This document shows, one piece after another, positions 1-12,684 of a DNA stretch of 39,996 bases. Position numbers and translations under genes: made by a program. The notes below the pieces were generated by a model, which was not told where the DNA came from, ran no database searches, and saw only the letters and a program-made list of their open reading frames with translations. This stretch comes from an uncultured Oceanospirillaceae bacterium (GTDB lineage: Bacteria; Pseudomonadota; Gammaproteobacteria; Pseudomonadales; Balneatricaceae). The DNA lies in NCBI GenBank assembly GCA_913052465.1, contig CAJXEN010000001.1:1-39996 (forward strand), read 5' to 3'. The stretch's first letter is position 1, and the number at the start of each line of letters is the position of its first letter.

Positions 1-222
<222 letters not shown>

Positions 223-262
223 CTATTAGTCAATTATATTGAAATTATACTTACGTTCGTTT

Positions 263-1903
<1,641 letters not shown>

Positions 1904-2092
1904 TTATGTGGCGTGCCATACGCCGATTTGAACTAAAACACGGCAGAGCAACCACACAAAAGCATCGCGACCATGGCGAATGCATGCCCACTATTAAGCA
2001 AGTGGATGGATGTCTCTAACGTTTATAAAATTTTGCCGCGTCAAATATAGCCTGCTTCACAGGTTTTATTTATCGACTTTAGATGGGAGCGT

Positions 2093-2101
2093 AGGATACC
2101 A
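2093..2101 (-). promoter_or_regulatory. Probable extended -10 promoter of pyrG
   Basis: Minus strand reads TGGTATCCTACGCTCCCATC, i.e. TGn-TATCCT, just downstream of the tilS stop and about 200 nt before the pyrG ATG. Confidence 0.5.
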
Positions 2102-2108
2102 GAATAGA

Positions 2109-3503
2109 CTAATCGGAACAATCAAAAGCTTTATTTTTAGTGGCCTTTTGCCAGTACCAAGCAGGCTCACCCAAGACTGTTTCAAAGTCAGAATTTACCC
2201 ACAAGTCAGCCACCATAGCGAGCTTTTCGTTAACATAAAACAACGGCAACAGATCACGTTCCCAAGCTGGCACCTTTGCTTCTTGAAGCAGCTTTTTAAG
2301 ACTTTGACTATGAGCCCGACCCAAAGGTTTGCAACGCTCACCACCCACTCTAAAGCGGCGCTCTAAACAATCACCCTCTGCCAAAGCCAAACCCACTCCC
2401 GCACCTTTTTTGACACAAAGCACCCCATCAGGCAAGACTATTGAACCATGCAAAAAGATGTGGCGCTCCATATCACAGGTCCAATTCACCATCTTCGCGT
2501 CAGTCTGTTCTAATCTACGCATCAACAACAAATTACCCTGATCTCGTCGCAAGCACCAATCACCCAATTGCAGATAAGGTTGGCCATCTACTGCACTATA
2601 GAGAAACTCCCGGTCAATAACTTGCATCGCCACACGATCTGGCATTGGTACATGATGGCCACCCAACCAATAACGCAAGAGGTTATGCCGACGAACCCGG
2701 CTTAGGGCTTTGAGCTTTTCACAAGACAAGCATTCACTAACGCCATCACTCTCAGTAGTGCCACGCATTAACATTAAGTCAGTGGCTGCTACTTCATCTA
2801 ATAACACTTGGGCATCACCCATTAGGTCGGTAACTGTAGCGATTCTTTGGTCTAAGGACGGCCAACGCTGTCGCAGCAGCGGTATTACTTGATGCCTTAA
2901 GTAATTCCGGTCAAAACGGCTATTTTGATTACTAGGATCTTCACACCAGGTTAGGTAGTTAGTTTTTGCATAGTCGTTGAGATCAGTTTGACGAACGTAC
3001 AACAATGGCCTGACCAACCAAGCCAAGCCTAGTGATCGCTGCTGCGGCATAGCCCGCAACCCCGCAACACCGGCACCACGTAATAGCCGTAAAAATAAGG
3101 TTTCTGTTTGGTCGTCAGCATGCTGCCCCAACAAAAGCACCTCGCCTGCCTGCACATACTGCTTAAAGACGTCATAGCGAGCATTACGAGCAGCAGCCTC
3201 TATGCCCAGCCGTTTCTGTTCTTTTGCACACAACACAACTTTATGGCTGAAACACTCTAAGCCATAGTCTTTGCACTGCTGCTCAACATCAAACTGCCAT
3301 CGGTCTGCCTGTGCTTGCAGGCCGTGGTTTATGTGGATGACTCGCAGAGATGGACAAGGATAATTCAGTTGCAGCTGCACTAGGGCATGCAGCAGACACA
3401 TGGAGTCTAACCCACCGCTTACCGCAACCACCCAAGTGGAGGCTTGAATATGCTCTTTCAAGCCTCCAGGGCCAGATACGAGTTGATGATATGAGAATGC
3501 CAT
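2109..3503 (-). CDS. tilS: tRNA(Ile)-lysidine synthase
   Basis: PP-loop AVSGGLDS, HINHGLQ, EAAARNARY, QHADDQTET, EDPSN and RNYLRH motifs; usual position after accA. Confidence 0.97.
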   Translation of the reverse strand: MAFSYHQLVSGPGGLKEHIQASTWVVAVSGGLDSMCLLHALVQLQLNYPCPSLRVIHINHGLQAQADRWQFDVEQQCKDYGLECFSHKVVLCAKEQKRLGIEAAARNARYDVFKQYVQAGEVLLLGQHADDQTETLFLRLLRGAGVAGLRAMPQQRSLGLAWLVRPLLYVRQTDLNDYAKTNYLTWCEDPSNQNSRFDRNYLRHQVIPLLRQRWPSLDQRIATVTDLMGDAQVLLDEVAATDLMLMRGTTESDGVSECLSCEKLKALSRVRRHNLLRYWLGGHHVPMPDRVAMQVIDREFLYSAVDGQPYLQLGDWCLRRDQGNLLLMRRLEQTDAKMVNWTCDMERHIFLHGSIVLPDGVLCVKKGAGVGLALAEGDCLERRFRVGGERCKPLGRAHSQSLKKLLQEAKVPAWERDLLPLFYVNEKLAMVADLWVNSDFETVLGEPAWYWQKATKNKAFDCSD

Positions 3504-3533
3504 GGGAGGGATTTTTATACCCTAATAAAAGGT

Positions 3534-4487
3534 CTAAGAACTTAGACCGTAAGACATTAAACGTTTATACCTACGATCAACTAGCGCTTGCGTTTCCATG
3601 GTCTCAAGCTCAGCTAATTGGCTGATTAGTGTTGCCTTAATGCTTGCCGCAATTAGTTCAGCATCTCGATGAGCACCACCTAAAGGCTCTTTGATCACAT
3701 GATCAACTAGACCTAAATCATACAAACGACCAGACGTAATACCCATGGCGTTAGCTGCGTCAGACGCATAATCTGCACTTTTCCACAGGATGGAGGCACA
3801 CCCTTCTGGCGAAATCACCGAGTAGGTGGAATATTGCAACATATTAAGCTGATCACATACACCAATAGCTAAAGCTCCACCAGAACCACCCTCACCTATA
3901 ACAGTAGCTATAATAGGGGTTTTTAGGCCTGACATTTGGGCTAAATTGAAAGCTATTGCTTCACTTTGCCCACGCTCTTCTGCATCAATACCTGGGTAGG
4001 CTCCTGGGGTATCAATAAAGGTTAGAATTGGCATTTTGAAGCGCTCGGCCATCAGCATCATCCGTAGCGCTTTACGATACCCTTCTGGTCGAGGCATACC
4101 AAAGTTACGCGCCACTTTCTCCTTAGTAGAACGGCCTTTTTCCTGGCCCATAACCATCACAGACTTACCATCTAGGCGAGCAATACCGCACACCATTGCC
4201 TGATCATCACCAAAGTGGCGATCACCATGTAACTCATCAAATTCATCAAAAATACTGTTAATATAATCGATGGTATGGGGCCGTTGTTGGTGGCGAGAAA
4301 CTTTGGATACCTGAGCTGCAGTCAAATTAGAAAAAATTGACTCAGTTAAGCTAACACTCTTATCAGAAAGCTTTGCTATTTCGTCACTGATATTAAGGTC
4401 ATTATCGTTGCCCACAAGGCGCAAGGCTTCAATCTTGGCTTCCAAATCGGCGATAGGTTGTTCAAAGTCGAGGTAATTAGGATTCAT
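3534..4487 (-). CDS. accA: Acetyl-CoA carboxylase carboxyltransferase alpha subunit
   Basis: [29 protein letters not shown] and [13 protein letters not shown] motifs. Confidence 0.99.
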   Translation of the reverse strand: MNPNYLDFEQPIADLEAKIEALRLVGNDNDLNISDEIAKLSDKSVSLTESIFSNLTAAQVSKVSRHQQRPHTIDYINSIFDEFDELHGDRHFGDDQAMVCGIARLDGKSVMVMGQEKGRSTKEKVARNFGMPRPEGYRKALRMMLMAERFKMPILTFIDTPGAYPGIDAEERGQSEAIAFNLAQMSGLKTPIIATVIGEGGSGGALAIGVCDQLNMLQYSTYSVISPEGCASILWKSADYASDAANAMGITSGRLYDLGLVDHVIKEPLGGAHRDAELIAASIKATLISQLAELETMETQALVDRRYKRLMSYGLSS

Positions 4488-4550
4488 AAGGCCTGGCTTT
4501 TAAGTGTGACTGACGAGTATTCGGTTGATTATAACCTATATTTACTCATT

Positions 4551-7500
4551 TTATAATTTACGATAGCGCATTTTAACTGCATTATCGCCCAACAGGTATG
4601 CTAACTCTTGCAACATGTCATCTTCTACTTCTAAACGCCATGGAGAGGCGCACCGTATTACTGCGCTTGCTAGGTTATTTTCATACTGCAACTCAAGCTT
4701 TGCCGCAGGCGCATCACCACGCACTTGGTGGGGCGCAAGAATACCTAATAGCTGCTGTAAACCCTTGCCTTGAGCGAAGTCTGGCGCTATAGATAACCGT
4801 AAACCCTTAGAGAATACAGTGCGTGCTTGTGGCATAGTGAGAATTTGCTGGACACTGACTTTTAGGCCACCAGAGTAATCGTCTTCTGACACCTCGCCCT
4901 CTACAATTAATAGCCGGTCATTTTGTAACAAATCACGATACTTTTCATAGCTCTCACCAAATAACGCCACATCCACCCTTGCCCTTCGATCATCAAGAGT
5001 TAAAAAGGCAATGGTTTTACCACGTTTGGTTTTCATAGTTCGACTTGCTACCACTAAACCTGCAATCCACTGCTTTTCTTTTTTCGCAATGAGCTGATCC
5101 AAGCGGCAGCGTAAAAAACGCCCAAGTTCATGGTCGTAGCTATCGATAGGGTGGCCAGTAACATACAAGCCTAACGTGTCTTTTTCGCCTTTTAAGTGCT
5201 GCTTAAGGGTAAGCGGCCTAGCAGCTATATGTCGTTCATACGTTTGCTCCAACGTTGCCACATCACTGGCCTCAGACGCCGTAATTTCACCAAATAAATC
5301 CATCATTCCTGCATCGGCATTACGTTCGCTTTGATCCGCTGACTGCACCGCGTCAGGGATGGCACTATAAAGCACAGAGCGCTCTTTATTGGGCACCAGA
5401 TTGTCTAGCGCACCACTAGCCACCAGTGCGTCTAAAACTCGCTTGTTGATTTTTTTGCTACCGACTCGCTTGCAAAAATCATACAGGTCTAGAAAATCAC
5501 CACCTTTTTCACGGGCCTCTATAATTGCCGCTACCGGGCCTTCACCAACACCTTTAACAGCCCCAAGGCCGTAAACAACTTCATTAGCACTATTCACAGT
5601 AAACTTGTAATGACTTGCGTTCACGTCAGGCAAATGCAGAGGCAACTCCATGCGCCGACACTCTTCTACAAAAATAACGATTTTTTCAATGTTTTGCATA
5701 TCTGCGGAAAGCACAGCAGCCATAAATTCTGCTGGGTAGTGGTGTTTAAGCCAAGCTGTTTGATATGCCACAAGCGCATAGGCTGCAGAGTGAGATTTGT
5801 TAAAACCGTAGCCAGCAAACTTTTCTACCAGATCAAAAATATTGCCTGCCAGACCTTCATCGATACCATTAGAGACACTACCAGCTAAAAAACCAGCCCT
5901 TTGCTTAGCCATTTCTTCAGGCTTTTTCTTACCCATAGCACGGCGCAGCATGTCTGCCTCACCAAGACTATAACCTGCCATTACCTGAGCAATTTGCATC
6001 ACTTGTTCTTGGTACAAGATAATACCGTAAGTAGGCTCCAGCACTGGTTGCAGTGAATCCAGCTGATAATTCTCATGGGGCCATGCAAGCTTAGCCCGGC
6101 CATGTTTACGATTAATGAAATCATCCACCATGCCAGATTGCAATGGCCCAGGTCTAAACAGTGCCACAAGGGCAATAATATCTTCAAAACTACTAGGCAG
6201 TTGGCGCTTAATAAGGTCTTTCATACCACGAGATTCCAACTGGAACACACCCGTGGTCTGCGCACCTTGAAGTAGCTTATAAACAGGCTCATCGTCTAAT
6301 GGGATACCCTCGATGGTAATGGCATCTTTACCTTTGGCGCTGCGTCTGTCGTTGATCATGCGCATGGCCCAATCAACTACTGTGAGGGTTTTTAAGCCTA
6401 AGAAGTCAAACTTCACCAAGCCTGCCTCTTCAACGTCATTCTTATCATACTGAGTTACTAAGCCAGAACCATCAACGTCACAATATAGCGGCGAAAAGTC
6501 TGTTAATTTAGTGGGTGCGATCACTACTCCACCTGCGTGTTTGCCCACATTACGAGTCAGTCCCTCTAACTGATAGGCCATATCCATAATTTCTTGAACT
6601 TCGTCATTGCTATCAATAAACTCACGCAGGGCGTCTTCTTGCTCTACTGCCTTACTTAAGGTGATACCCACTTCAAAAGGAATTAATTTGGATAATTTGT
6701 CAGCTAAGCCGAATGGCTTGCCTTGCACACGAGCTACATCGCGCACCACAGCTTTAGCAGCCATAGTACCAAAGGTAATAATTTGGGACACGGCATCTTT
6801 GCCATAGGTTTGCGACACATACTCAATCACACGGTCACGGTTATCCATACAGAAATCAATGTCAAAATCAGGCATCGATACCCGCTCTGGATTCAAAAAC
6901 CGCTCAAATAATAAGTCGTATTTCAGTGGGTCTAAGTCAGTAATTTCCAACACGTAAGCCACTAAGGATCCCGCACCTGAACCACGCCCTGGGCCTACTG
7001 GAATGTCGTTATCCTTGGCCCAGCGAATAAAGTCCATAACGATAAGAAAGTAGCCTGGAAAACCCATTTGGCAAATAATGCCTAACTCAAAGTCTAACCG
7101 ATCATCAAATTTCTTACGTTTTAGATGATAATCTGAGTCTGTTGGATCCAAAATAACTTGTAAACGCTTATCCAAACCGTCACGAGACACCTGCCCAAAG
7201 AACTCGTCTATGGTCATGCCTTCTGGCACTGGAAAATTTGGCAAAAAGCACTTGCCTAGCTTAATGTCTAAATTACAGCGTTTAGCAATCTGTACGCTAT
7301 TAGCCAGCGCAGAAGGTAAGTCTGCAAACAACGTCTGCATCTCTTGGGTACTGCGCAAGTACTGCTGATTAGAGTACGCCTTCGCCCTTCGGGGGTCGTC
7401 CAAGGTCATACTTTGGTTAATACACACCCGCGTTTCATGGGCTTCAAAGTCTTCTGCTGACACAAACATCACGTCGTTAGTTGCCACAATAGGCACCTGT

Positions 7501-8081
7501 GTAAGCTGCGCAAGCTCAACCGAAAGATGCAGACAATCCTCATCGTACTGACGGCCAGTGCGCTGAACCTCTAAATAAAATCGGTCACCAAAAATAGTCG
7601 TCCAGTTGTTCAAAAGCTCTTTAGCATCGTCCAAACCACGGTTTATTAATGCTTTACCCACTTCGCCTTCAGCTGCGCCAGATAGAACGATCAGCCCTTC
7701 ATTTTTATCATTCAACCATTGCTTTTGGACAATGGCTCTGCCGTCAGCCTGACCTTCTTGATAAGAGCGCGAAACAAGCTCTGTAAGATTTAGGTAGCCT
7801 TGAGCATTCATCGCTAACAACGTCATGCGGCTGACACTAACATCGGGGGCATAGCCTGCAGCAAGAAAAACATCACAACCACAGATAGGTTTAATGCCAG
7901 CACTTTGTGCCGCTTTATAAAACTTTATCATGCCACACATGTTGGATTGGTCAGTTAAAGCGATCGCAGGCATTTGTTCGGCCTGCAGGGTTTTCATTAA
8001 CGGTTTGATCCGAATCATACTATCAATCAATGAAAACTCGGAGTGCATGCGCAAATGCACAAAGGGTACATCTTGGGTCAT
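4551..8081 (-). CDS. dnaE: DNA polymerase III alpha subunit
   Basis: PHP domain FVHLRMHSEFS, VGPGRGSGAGS, ERVSMPDFDIDF, FAGYGFNKSH and C-terminal OB fold. Start placed at ATG 8081, immediately after the rnhB stop (track ORF begins at 8093). No intein seen. Confidence 0.98.
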   Translation of the reverse strand: MTQDVPFVHLRMHSEFSLIDSMIRIKPLMKTLQAEQMPAIALTDQSNMCGMIKFYKAAQSAGIKPICGCDVFLAAGYAPDVSVSRMTLLAMNAQGYLNLTELVSRSYQEGQADGRAIVQKQWLNDKNEGLIVLSGAAEGEVGKALINRGLDDAKELLNNWTTIFGDRFYLEVQRTGRQYDEDCLHLSVELAQLTQVPIVATNDVMFVSAEDFEAHETRVCINQSMTLDDPRRAKAYSNQQYLRSTQEMQTLFADLPSALANSVQIAKRCNLDIKLGKCFLPNFPVPEGMTIDEFFGQVSRDGLDKRLQVILDPTDSDYHLKRKKFDDRLDFELGIICQMGFPGYFLIVMDFIRWAKDNDIPVGPGRGSGAGSLVAYVLEITDLDPLKYDLLFERFLNPERVSMPDFDIDFCMDNRDRVIEYVSQTYGKDAVSQIITFGTMAAKAVVRDVARVQGKPFGLADKLSKLIPFEVGITLSKAVEQEDALREFIDSNDEVQEIMDMAYQLEGLTRNVGKHAGGVVIAPTKLTDFSPLYCDVDGSGLVTQYDKNDVEEAGLVKFDFLGLKTLTVVDWAMRMINDRRSAKGKDAITIEGIPLDDEPVYKLLQGAQTTGVFQLESRGMKDLIKRQLPSSFEDIIALVALFRPGPLQSGMVDDFINRKHGRAKLAWPHENYQLDSLQPVLEPTYGIILYQEQVMQIAQVMAGYSLGEADMLRRAMGKKKPEEMAKQRAGFLAGSVSNGIDEGLAGNIFDLVEKFAGYGFNKSHSAAYALVAYQTAWLKHHYPAEFMAAVLSADMQNIEKIVIFVEECRRMELPLHLPDVNASHYKFTVNSANEVVYGLGAVKGVGEGPVAAIIEAREKGGDFLDLYDFCKRVGSKKINKRVLDALVASGALDNLVPNKERSVLYSAIPDAVQSADQSERNADAGMMDLFGEITASEASDVATLEQTYERHIAARPLTLKQHLKGEKDTLGLYVTGHPIDSYDHELGRFLRCRLDQLIAKKEKQWIAGLVVASRTMKTKRGKTIAFLTLDDRRARVDVALFGESYEKYRDLLQNDRLLIVEGEVSEDDYSGGLKVSVQQILTMPQARTVFSKGLRLSIAPDFAQGKGLQQLLGILAPHQVRGDAPAAKLELQYENNLASAVIRCASPWRLEVEDDMLQELAYLLGDNAVKMRYRKL

Positions 8082-8082
8082 A

Positions 8083-8688
8083 TTAAGTTCCAATTAAACG
8101 TCGTACAGGTGCAAAACTGCGCCGATGTTGTGGGCTTACGCCATACTCTTGCAAGGCCTTCACATGGGCCTGAGTAGGGTAGCCTTTATGTTTATCTAAG
8201 CCATAGCAAGGGTATTGATTGTGCCATTCTAGCATCTCCCTATCGCGGGTAACTTTAGCAATAATTGACGCAGCACCAATGGTGATTTCTTTAGCATCTC
8301 CTTTGATAATAGCTTCGCTTGCACAGACTAACGAAGGGCAGCGATTACCATCAATTAATGCTAGATCTGGCACTACATTCAAGTTCTCTACGGCACGTTG
8401 CATGGCGATCATAGTGGCTTGTAATATATTTAGCTGGTCAATTTCTTCGACGCTAGCCCTACCAACACCGACGCTAATAGCATGCTGATAAATTTGCGTG
8501 TAAAGCATTTCTCTAACTTTTTCAGTAAGCTTTTTGGAATCCCCTAAACCTACGATAGGTTTAGCCGGATCTAGGATGACAGCCGCCGCTACCACATCTC
8601 CGAATAACGGCCCTCGGCCTGCCTCATCAACACCACAAATTACCCCGACTCTGGGCACCAGTACAACGGCATCTAATGCCTGGCTCAT
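8083..8688 (-). CDS. rnhB: Ribonuclease HII
   Basis: [26 protein letters not shown] and HKGYPT motifs. Confidence 0.98.
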   Translation of the reverse strand: MSQALDAVVLVPRVGVICGVDEAGRGPLFGDVVAAAVILDPAKPIVGLGDSKKLTEKVREMLYTQIYQHAISVGVGRASVEEIDQLNILQATMIAMQRAVENLNVVPDLALIDGNRCPSLVCASEAIIKGDAKEITIGAASIIAKVTRDREMLEWHNQYPCYGLDKHKGYPTQAHVKALQEYGVSPQHRRSFAPVRRLIGT

Positions 8689-9854
8689 GCCTTGTCTCCT
8701 TGGAAGACATCTGCACCATGCCGGGCAATAACGTCCATTACCGCCTCAGCCGCACTGGCATCTGCACCACAAGCTAACTGTTGATGTATATCAGCAAACT
8801 GGCTGCGTTGTTTTTGAGCTGCATCTTGGTTAAATAATAACGTCGTTAAATGGTCTGCCATAACCTTTGGCTGAACTTCGTTTTGCAGTAATTCTTCAAC
8901 TATTTTTTTGCCCGCCAGCAAATTAGGCAGACTTACAAAAGACACCTTAAGTTTACGCTTAAACAAGCGGTAGCTGATCGGACTTAAGCGATAACAAACT
9001 AGCATAGGTTTTTCAAACAACAGCGCTTCTAAAGTAGCCGTACCGGAAGCCACCAATACTGCGTCTGCAGCAGCCAAAACTAAGTGAGACTTACCCAGTA
9101 CAAGTGTCACTTTGAGATCAGGGAAGCCAAGCAGCAGAGTTTCAAGCTGTTTTTTTCGTTGCAGATTCGCTGCGGCCAAAACTAACTGCAATTGTGGATG
9201 TTGGACTTGCAATAGTGACGCTGCAGATAAAAAATCTGCCGCCAACTGTTTCACTTCCATTGCCCTGCTACCCGGCAATAACGCCAACACCTTGCTGTGT
9301 TTTAACTTAAGGTGGTTTCTAGCACGTGATTGATTGAGATTTCCAGGTATCACATCTGCTAATGGATGACCAACAAAGGTGGCAGGGATTTGATGGCGCT
9401 CGTAATAAGGCAGCTCGAAGGGCAATAATGCTAATACCCGATGACATGCTTTAGCTACTGTAAACACCCGCTCCTCACGCCACGCCCATACAGAAGGGCT
9501 GACATAATGAACTGTAGGTACTTTGTTGGCTTTAAGGTGAGTTTCTAATACTAGATTAAAATCTGGTGCGTCAATACCAACCAAAGCCAAAGGAGGATGT
9601 TGAGTATAGCGTCTGATTAGGCGCCGCCTAAGTAATAGCAGTTCTGGTAGACGGCCCAAAACTTCTACTAATCCCATGATAGATAAGCGCTCCATAGGCA
9701 CTAATGTTTTGAAACCAAGGGCAATCATTAGTGGCCCACCAATGCCTTCAAAATTAAGCTTTGGCTGCTTTTCCAATAAGGCTCGCATCAAGCCAGCCCC
9801 CAATATGTCTCCTGAGGCTTCACCAGCAACAATGACAATGGTATTTTTAGACAT
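8685..9854 (-). CDS. lpxB: Lipid-A-disaccharide synthase
   Basis: [34 protein letters not shown] and SGTATLE motifs. Confidence 0.98.
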   Translation of the reverse strand: MSKNTIVIVAGEASGDILGAGLMRALLEKQPKLNFEGIGGPLMIALGFKTLVPMERLSIMGLVEVLGRLPELLLLRRRLIRRYTQHPPLALVGIDAPDFNLVLETHLKANKVPTVHYVSPSVWAWREERVFTVAKACHRVLALLPFELPYYERHQIPATFVGHPLADVIPGNLNQSRARNHLKLKHSKVLALLPGSRAMEVKQLAADFLSAASLLQVQHPQLQLVLAAANLQRKKQLETLLLGFPDLKVTLVLGKSHLVLAAADAVLVASGTATLEALLFEKPMLVCYRLSPISYRLFKRKLKVSFVSLPNLLAGKKIVEELLQNEVQPKVMADHLTTLLFNQDAAQKQRSQFADIHQQLACGADASAAEAVMDVIARHGADVFQGDKA

Positions 9855-9864
9855 GGCAAACCTA

Positions 9865-10647
9865 CTAGCGAATAATGCCGCGGCTAGAATTTTTCAAAGA
9901 AGCAATTAATACTGCTAGTTCATCACCATCTACAGACATTTCATGTAAACGTGCGATAGCGGCGTCTAGAGTCAACCCTTGGCGAAATACAATCTTGTAA
10001 GCTTGGCGCAAAACCTTAATAGTGTGCTCACTAAAGCCCCGCCGTTTTAAACCTTCAGTATTCATGCCGTGGGGTGAAACAGAATTACCGTTAGCCATAA
10101 CAAAGGCAGGAATGTCTTTTAGTACCACACTGCCAGCTCCAGTCATACAATGGGTACCAATATGGCAAAATTGATGGACTGCTGTAAAGCCACCCAAAAT
10201 GGCATAATCACCAACGTTTACATGGCCAGCTAAGGCCACGTTATTGGCTACAATAATATGGTCACCCAAAACACAATCATGGGCCACATGGACATTGGCC
10301 ATAAACAAGTTATGACTACCAATTTTGGTCACGCCAGCATCTTGAATAGTGCCACGGTGCAAAGTACAACCTTCGCGTATAACGTTGTTGTCTCCAATTT
10401 CCAAACGGGTAGGTTCACCGTTGTATTTCATATCTTGGCAGGCTTCGCCTACTGAACTAAATTGGAAAATATGATTGTTGCTGCCAATGCGCGTCGGCCC
10501 TTTAACTACCACATGAGATTCAAGCTTGGTGCCAGACCCTAATTCAACGTCAGCACCCACGATGCTATATGGACCAATCTCCACATCTGCTGCTATAACG
10601 GCGCTGGGATCGACAATTGCAGTCCCATGAATCAATGGTTGGGGCAC
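9865..10647 (-). CDS. lpxA: UDP-N-acetylglucosamine O-acyltransferase
   Basis: Hexapeptide repeats, QDMKY, HVAHDC and VHQFC; position between fabZ and lpxB. Confidence 0.98.
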   Translation of the reverse strand: MPQPLIHGTAIVDPSAVIAADVEIGPYSIVGADVELGSGTKLESHVVVKGPTRIGSNNHIFQFSSVGEACQDMKYNGEPTRLEIGDNNVIREGCTLHRGTIQDAGVTKIGSHNLFMANVHVAHDCVLGDHIIVANNVALAGHVNVGDYAILGGFTAVHQFCHIGTHCMTGAGSVVLKDIPAFVMANGNSVSPHGMNTEGLKRRGFSEHTIKVLRQAYKIVFRQGLTLDAAIARLHEMSVDGDELAVLIASLKNSSRGIIR

Positions 10648-11087
10648 TAAACTTTCCTATCTGCACATAAAATTGTTGCTGAAGCAACCAATTGGTCATC
10701 AACACTTGCACGGCATTCAAACTTCCAGATACCACGCTTTTCAGACATGATTGCAGCTTCTAGTTGCAGCTTATCCCCAGGCACTACTGGACGTTTAAAG
10801 CGCAATTTGTCAGAACCCACAAAATAATATATTGATCCATCTTGAGGTGTTTTGTCCATGGTTTTAAAACCAAGGATGCCGGCAGCTTGGGCCATCGCTT
10901 CAAGAATTAAAACACCTGGCATTACGGGGTGGTCTGGAAAGTGGCCATTAAAAAAGGGTTCATTGACCGTCACATTCTTGTACGCCACAATAGATTTCCC
11001 CAGATTGAGCTCTATCACTCTATCAACCAATAAAAACGGGTATCGATGTGGTAAGTACTCACGAATCTCTTTAACATCCATAACCAT
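10647..11087 (-). CDS. fabZ: 3-hydroxyacyl-ACP dehydratase
   Basis: [13 protein letters not shown] and [22 protein letters not shown]. Confidence 0.99.
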   Translation of the reverse strand: MVMDVKEIREYLPHRYPFLLVDRVIELNLGKSIVAYKNVTVNEPFFNGHFPDHPVMPGVLILEAMAQAAGILGFKTMDKTPQDGSIYYFVGSDKLRFKRPVVPGDKLQLEAAIMSEKRGIWKFECRASVDDQLVASATILCADRKV

Positions 11088-11123
11088 ATTGCTACTTTCC
11101 TTATGTAATACTTTCGATATAAA

Positions 11124-12149
11124 TCAGTTTTGAAGCTGTGACATTTCTAATTCTAATTGTTTAAGGCGTTTCGCCATTTGGTCAAGCTGCTTAAAGCGTG
11201 TGGCATTGCGACGCCATTTCTGATTCGTGTCTAAGCCAGTACCCGAAGAGTAAGCCCCAGGCTCATTAATAGAGTGGGTTACTAAAGACATGGCCGTAAC
11301 ATGCACCCCATCAACCAATGTTAAATGCCCTGTAATGCCGCAAGCCCCTGCAATAGTGCAGTGTTTACCCAGCTTAGTACTACCCGCTATGGCCGTGCAT
11401 CCTGCAATAGCTGTATAATCGCCGAGCTCTACATTATGAGCAATCTGAACTTGATTATCTAGCTTAACACCATAGCCTATAATAGTGTTATCTAAAGCCC
11501 CTCGGTCAATACTAGTGCCGGCACCTACTTCAACATAATCGCCAATAATAACGCCACCTAACTGAGCTATTTTAACCCAATCTGGGCCATCTTTTGCAAA
11601 TCCAAAACCATCTGCACCGATAACAGCCCCACTATGGATGGTACAACAAGAACCCACTTGAACATCATGGTATAAGGTGACATTGGCAGCAAGGTTACTA
11701 CCGTCTCCAATACTAGAGCTGGCTCCCACAACACTGTTAGCACCAATAGATACAGCATTACCAAGTCTGGCGAATGGGCCAATGACTGTGCCCGCTGCTA
11801 GATTAACTGCGTTGCCAATAGTCGCAGTTGGGTGAATTTGGGCACTTTTATCAATGCCATTAAAACCAGATGCAGGAACAAATTGCTGTGATAGTTTGGC
11901 ATAACCTAGATAAGGGTTATCCATTACTAGGCAGTGGCCAGCAAACAGCTTAGCCTGATCAGCATTTAATATCACTGCACCTGCTTGGCAGGCTTCTAGC
12001 TGATTGGCATATTTCATATTTGCCAAAAAGCTTACCTGATGAGGTAGTGCCGACCCCAGTGTAGCGATACCAGTGACAATATAATCAGCGTCACCTGCTA
12101 GCTTTGCGCCAATAAGTTCAGCGATGGTACCTAGGTTTAAATGACGCAA
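11124..12149 (-). CDS. lpxD: UDP-3-O-acylglucosamine N-acyltransferase
   Basis: Hexapeptide repeats, IGADGFGFA, IDRGALDNT and KLDNQVQIAHNV. TTG start abuts the skp stop. Confidence 0.97.
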   Translation of the reverse strand: MRHLNLGTIAELIGAKLAGDADYIVTGIATLGSALPHQVSFLANMKYANQLEACQAGAVILNADQAKLFAGHCLVMDNPYLGYAKLSQQFVPASGFNGIDKSAQIHPTATIGNAVNLAAGTVIGPFARLGNAVSIGANSVVGASSSIGDGSNLAANVTLYHDVQVGSCCTIHSGAVIGADGFGFAKDGPDWVKIAQLGGVIIGDYVEVGAGTSIDRGALDNTIIGYGVKLDNQVQIAHNVELGDYTAIAGCTAIAGSTKLGKHCTIAGACGITGHLTLVDGVHVTAMSLVTHSINEPGAYSSGTGLDTNQKWRRNATRFKQLDQMAKRLKQLELEMSQLQN

Positions 12150-12662
12150 TTACGGTTCCAAATTCAACAGTTCAACCACCTTATCAGTTATATCTATTTC
12201 AACAGTGTTATAAATCACAGATTGGCCATTAATAATTAAAGAAATATTATTTTCTTCAATTAACTGGCGCAGCACCTTATCCAAAACTGGGCGCATATTA
12301 GCCAAAAACTCCTGTTCTGTCTGGAGTTTGGCATTGGATAGGTATTGCTGAAGCTGTTGGAATTCAACATTTAGGGCCTGGATTTCTGTCTGTAGCTTCT
12401 GTACTTCATCACTACTCATGATGTCTTTATCAGCTTCAAGTCGCTGTTGCAGAGCTTGTAACTGCTGGCCCATATTGTCAAAGCGCTTAGTTTGAGGCTT
12501 AAGCTTTTCAGACAACTGTTGTCCTAGCGCGACCGCTTTGTCCGTAGCAAACAGTGCCTGCTCAGCTTTAAGAACAACAATGGCGTTTGCTGCTGACCAT
12601 TGTGGCACCCCTAAAGTGACGATGAAGGCGGCACACGCGATAATGTTTTTCACTTTGTTCAT
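12150..12662 (-). CDS. skp: OmpH/Skp periplasmic chaperone
   Basis: Signal peptide, coiled-coil body and C-terminal DITDKVVELLN; located between bamA and lpxD. Confidence 0.9.
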   Translation of the reverse strand: MNKVKNIIACAAFIVTLGVPQWSAANAIVVLKAEQALFATDKAVALGQQLSEKLKPQTKRFDNMGQQLQALQQRLEADKDIMSSDEVQKLQTEIQALNVEFQQLQQYLSNAKLQTEQEFLANMRPVLDKVLRQLIEENNISLIINGQSVIYNTVEIDITDKVVELLNLEP

Positions 12663-12684
12663 GATAATTCCTTGTGAATTTGTG

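Noticed and set aside
2010-2366. 118-aa plus-strand ORF and the many other short antisense or alternate-frame ORFs inside housekeeping genes
   Set aside because: They overlap well-supported genes and show no recognisable motifs.
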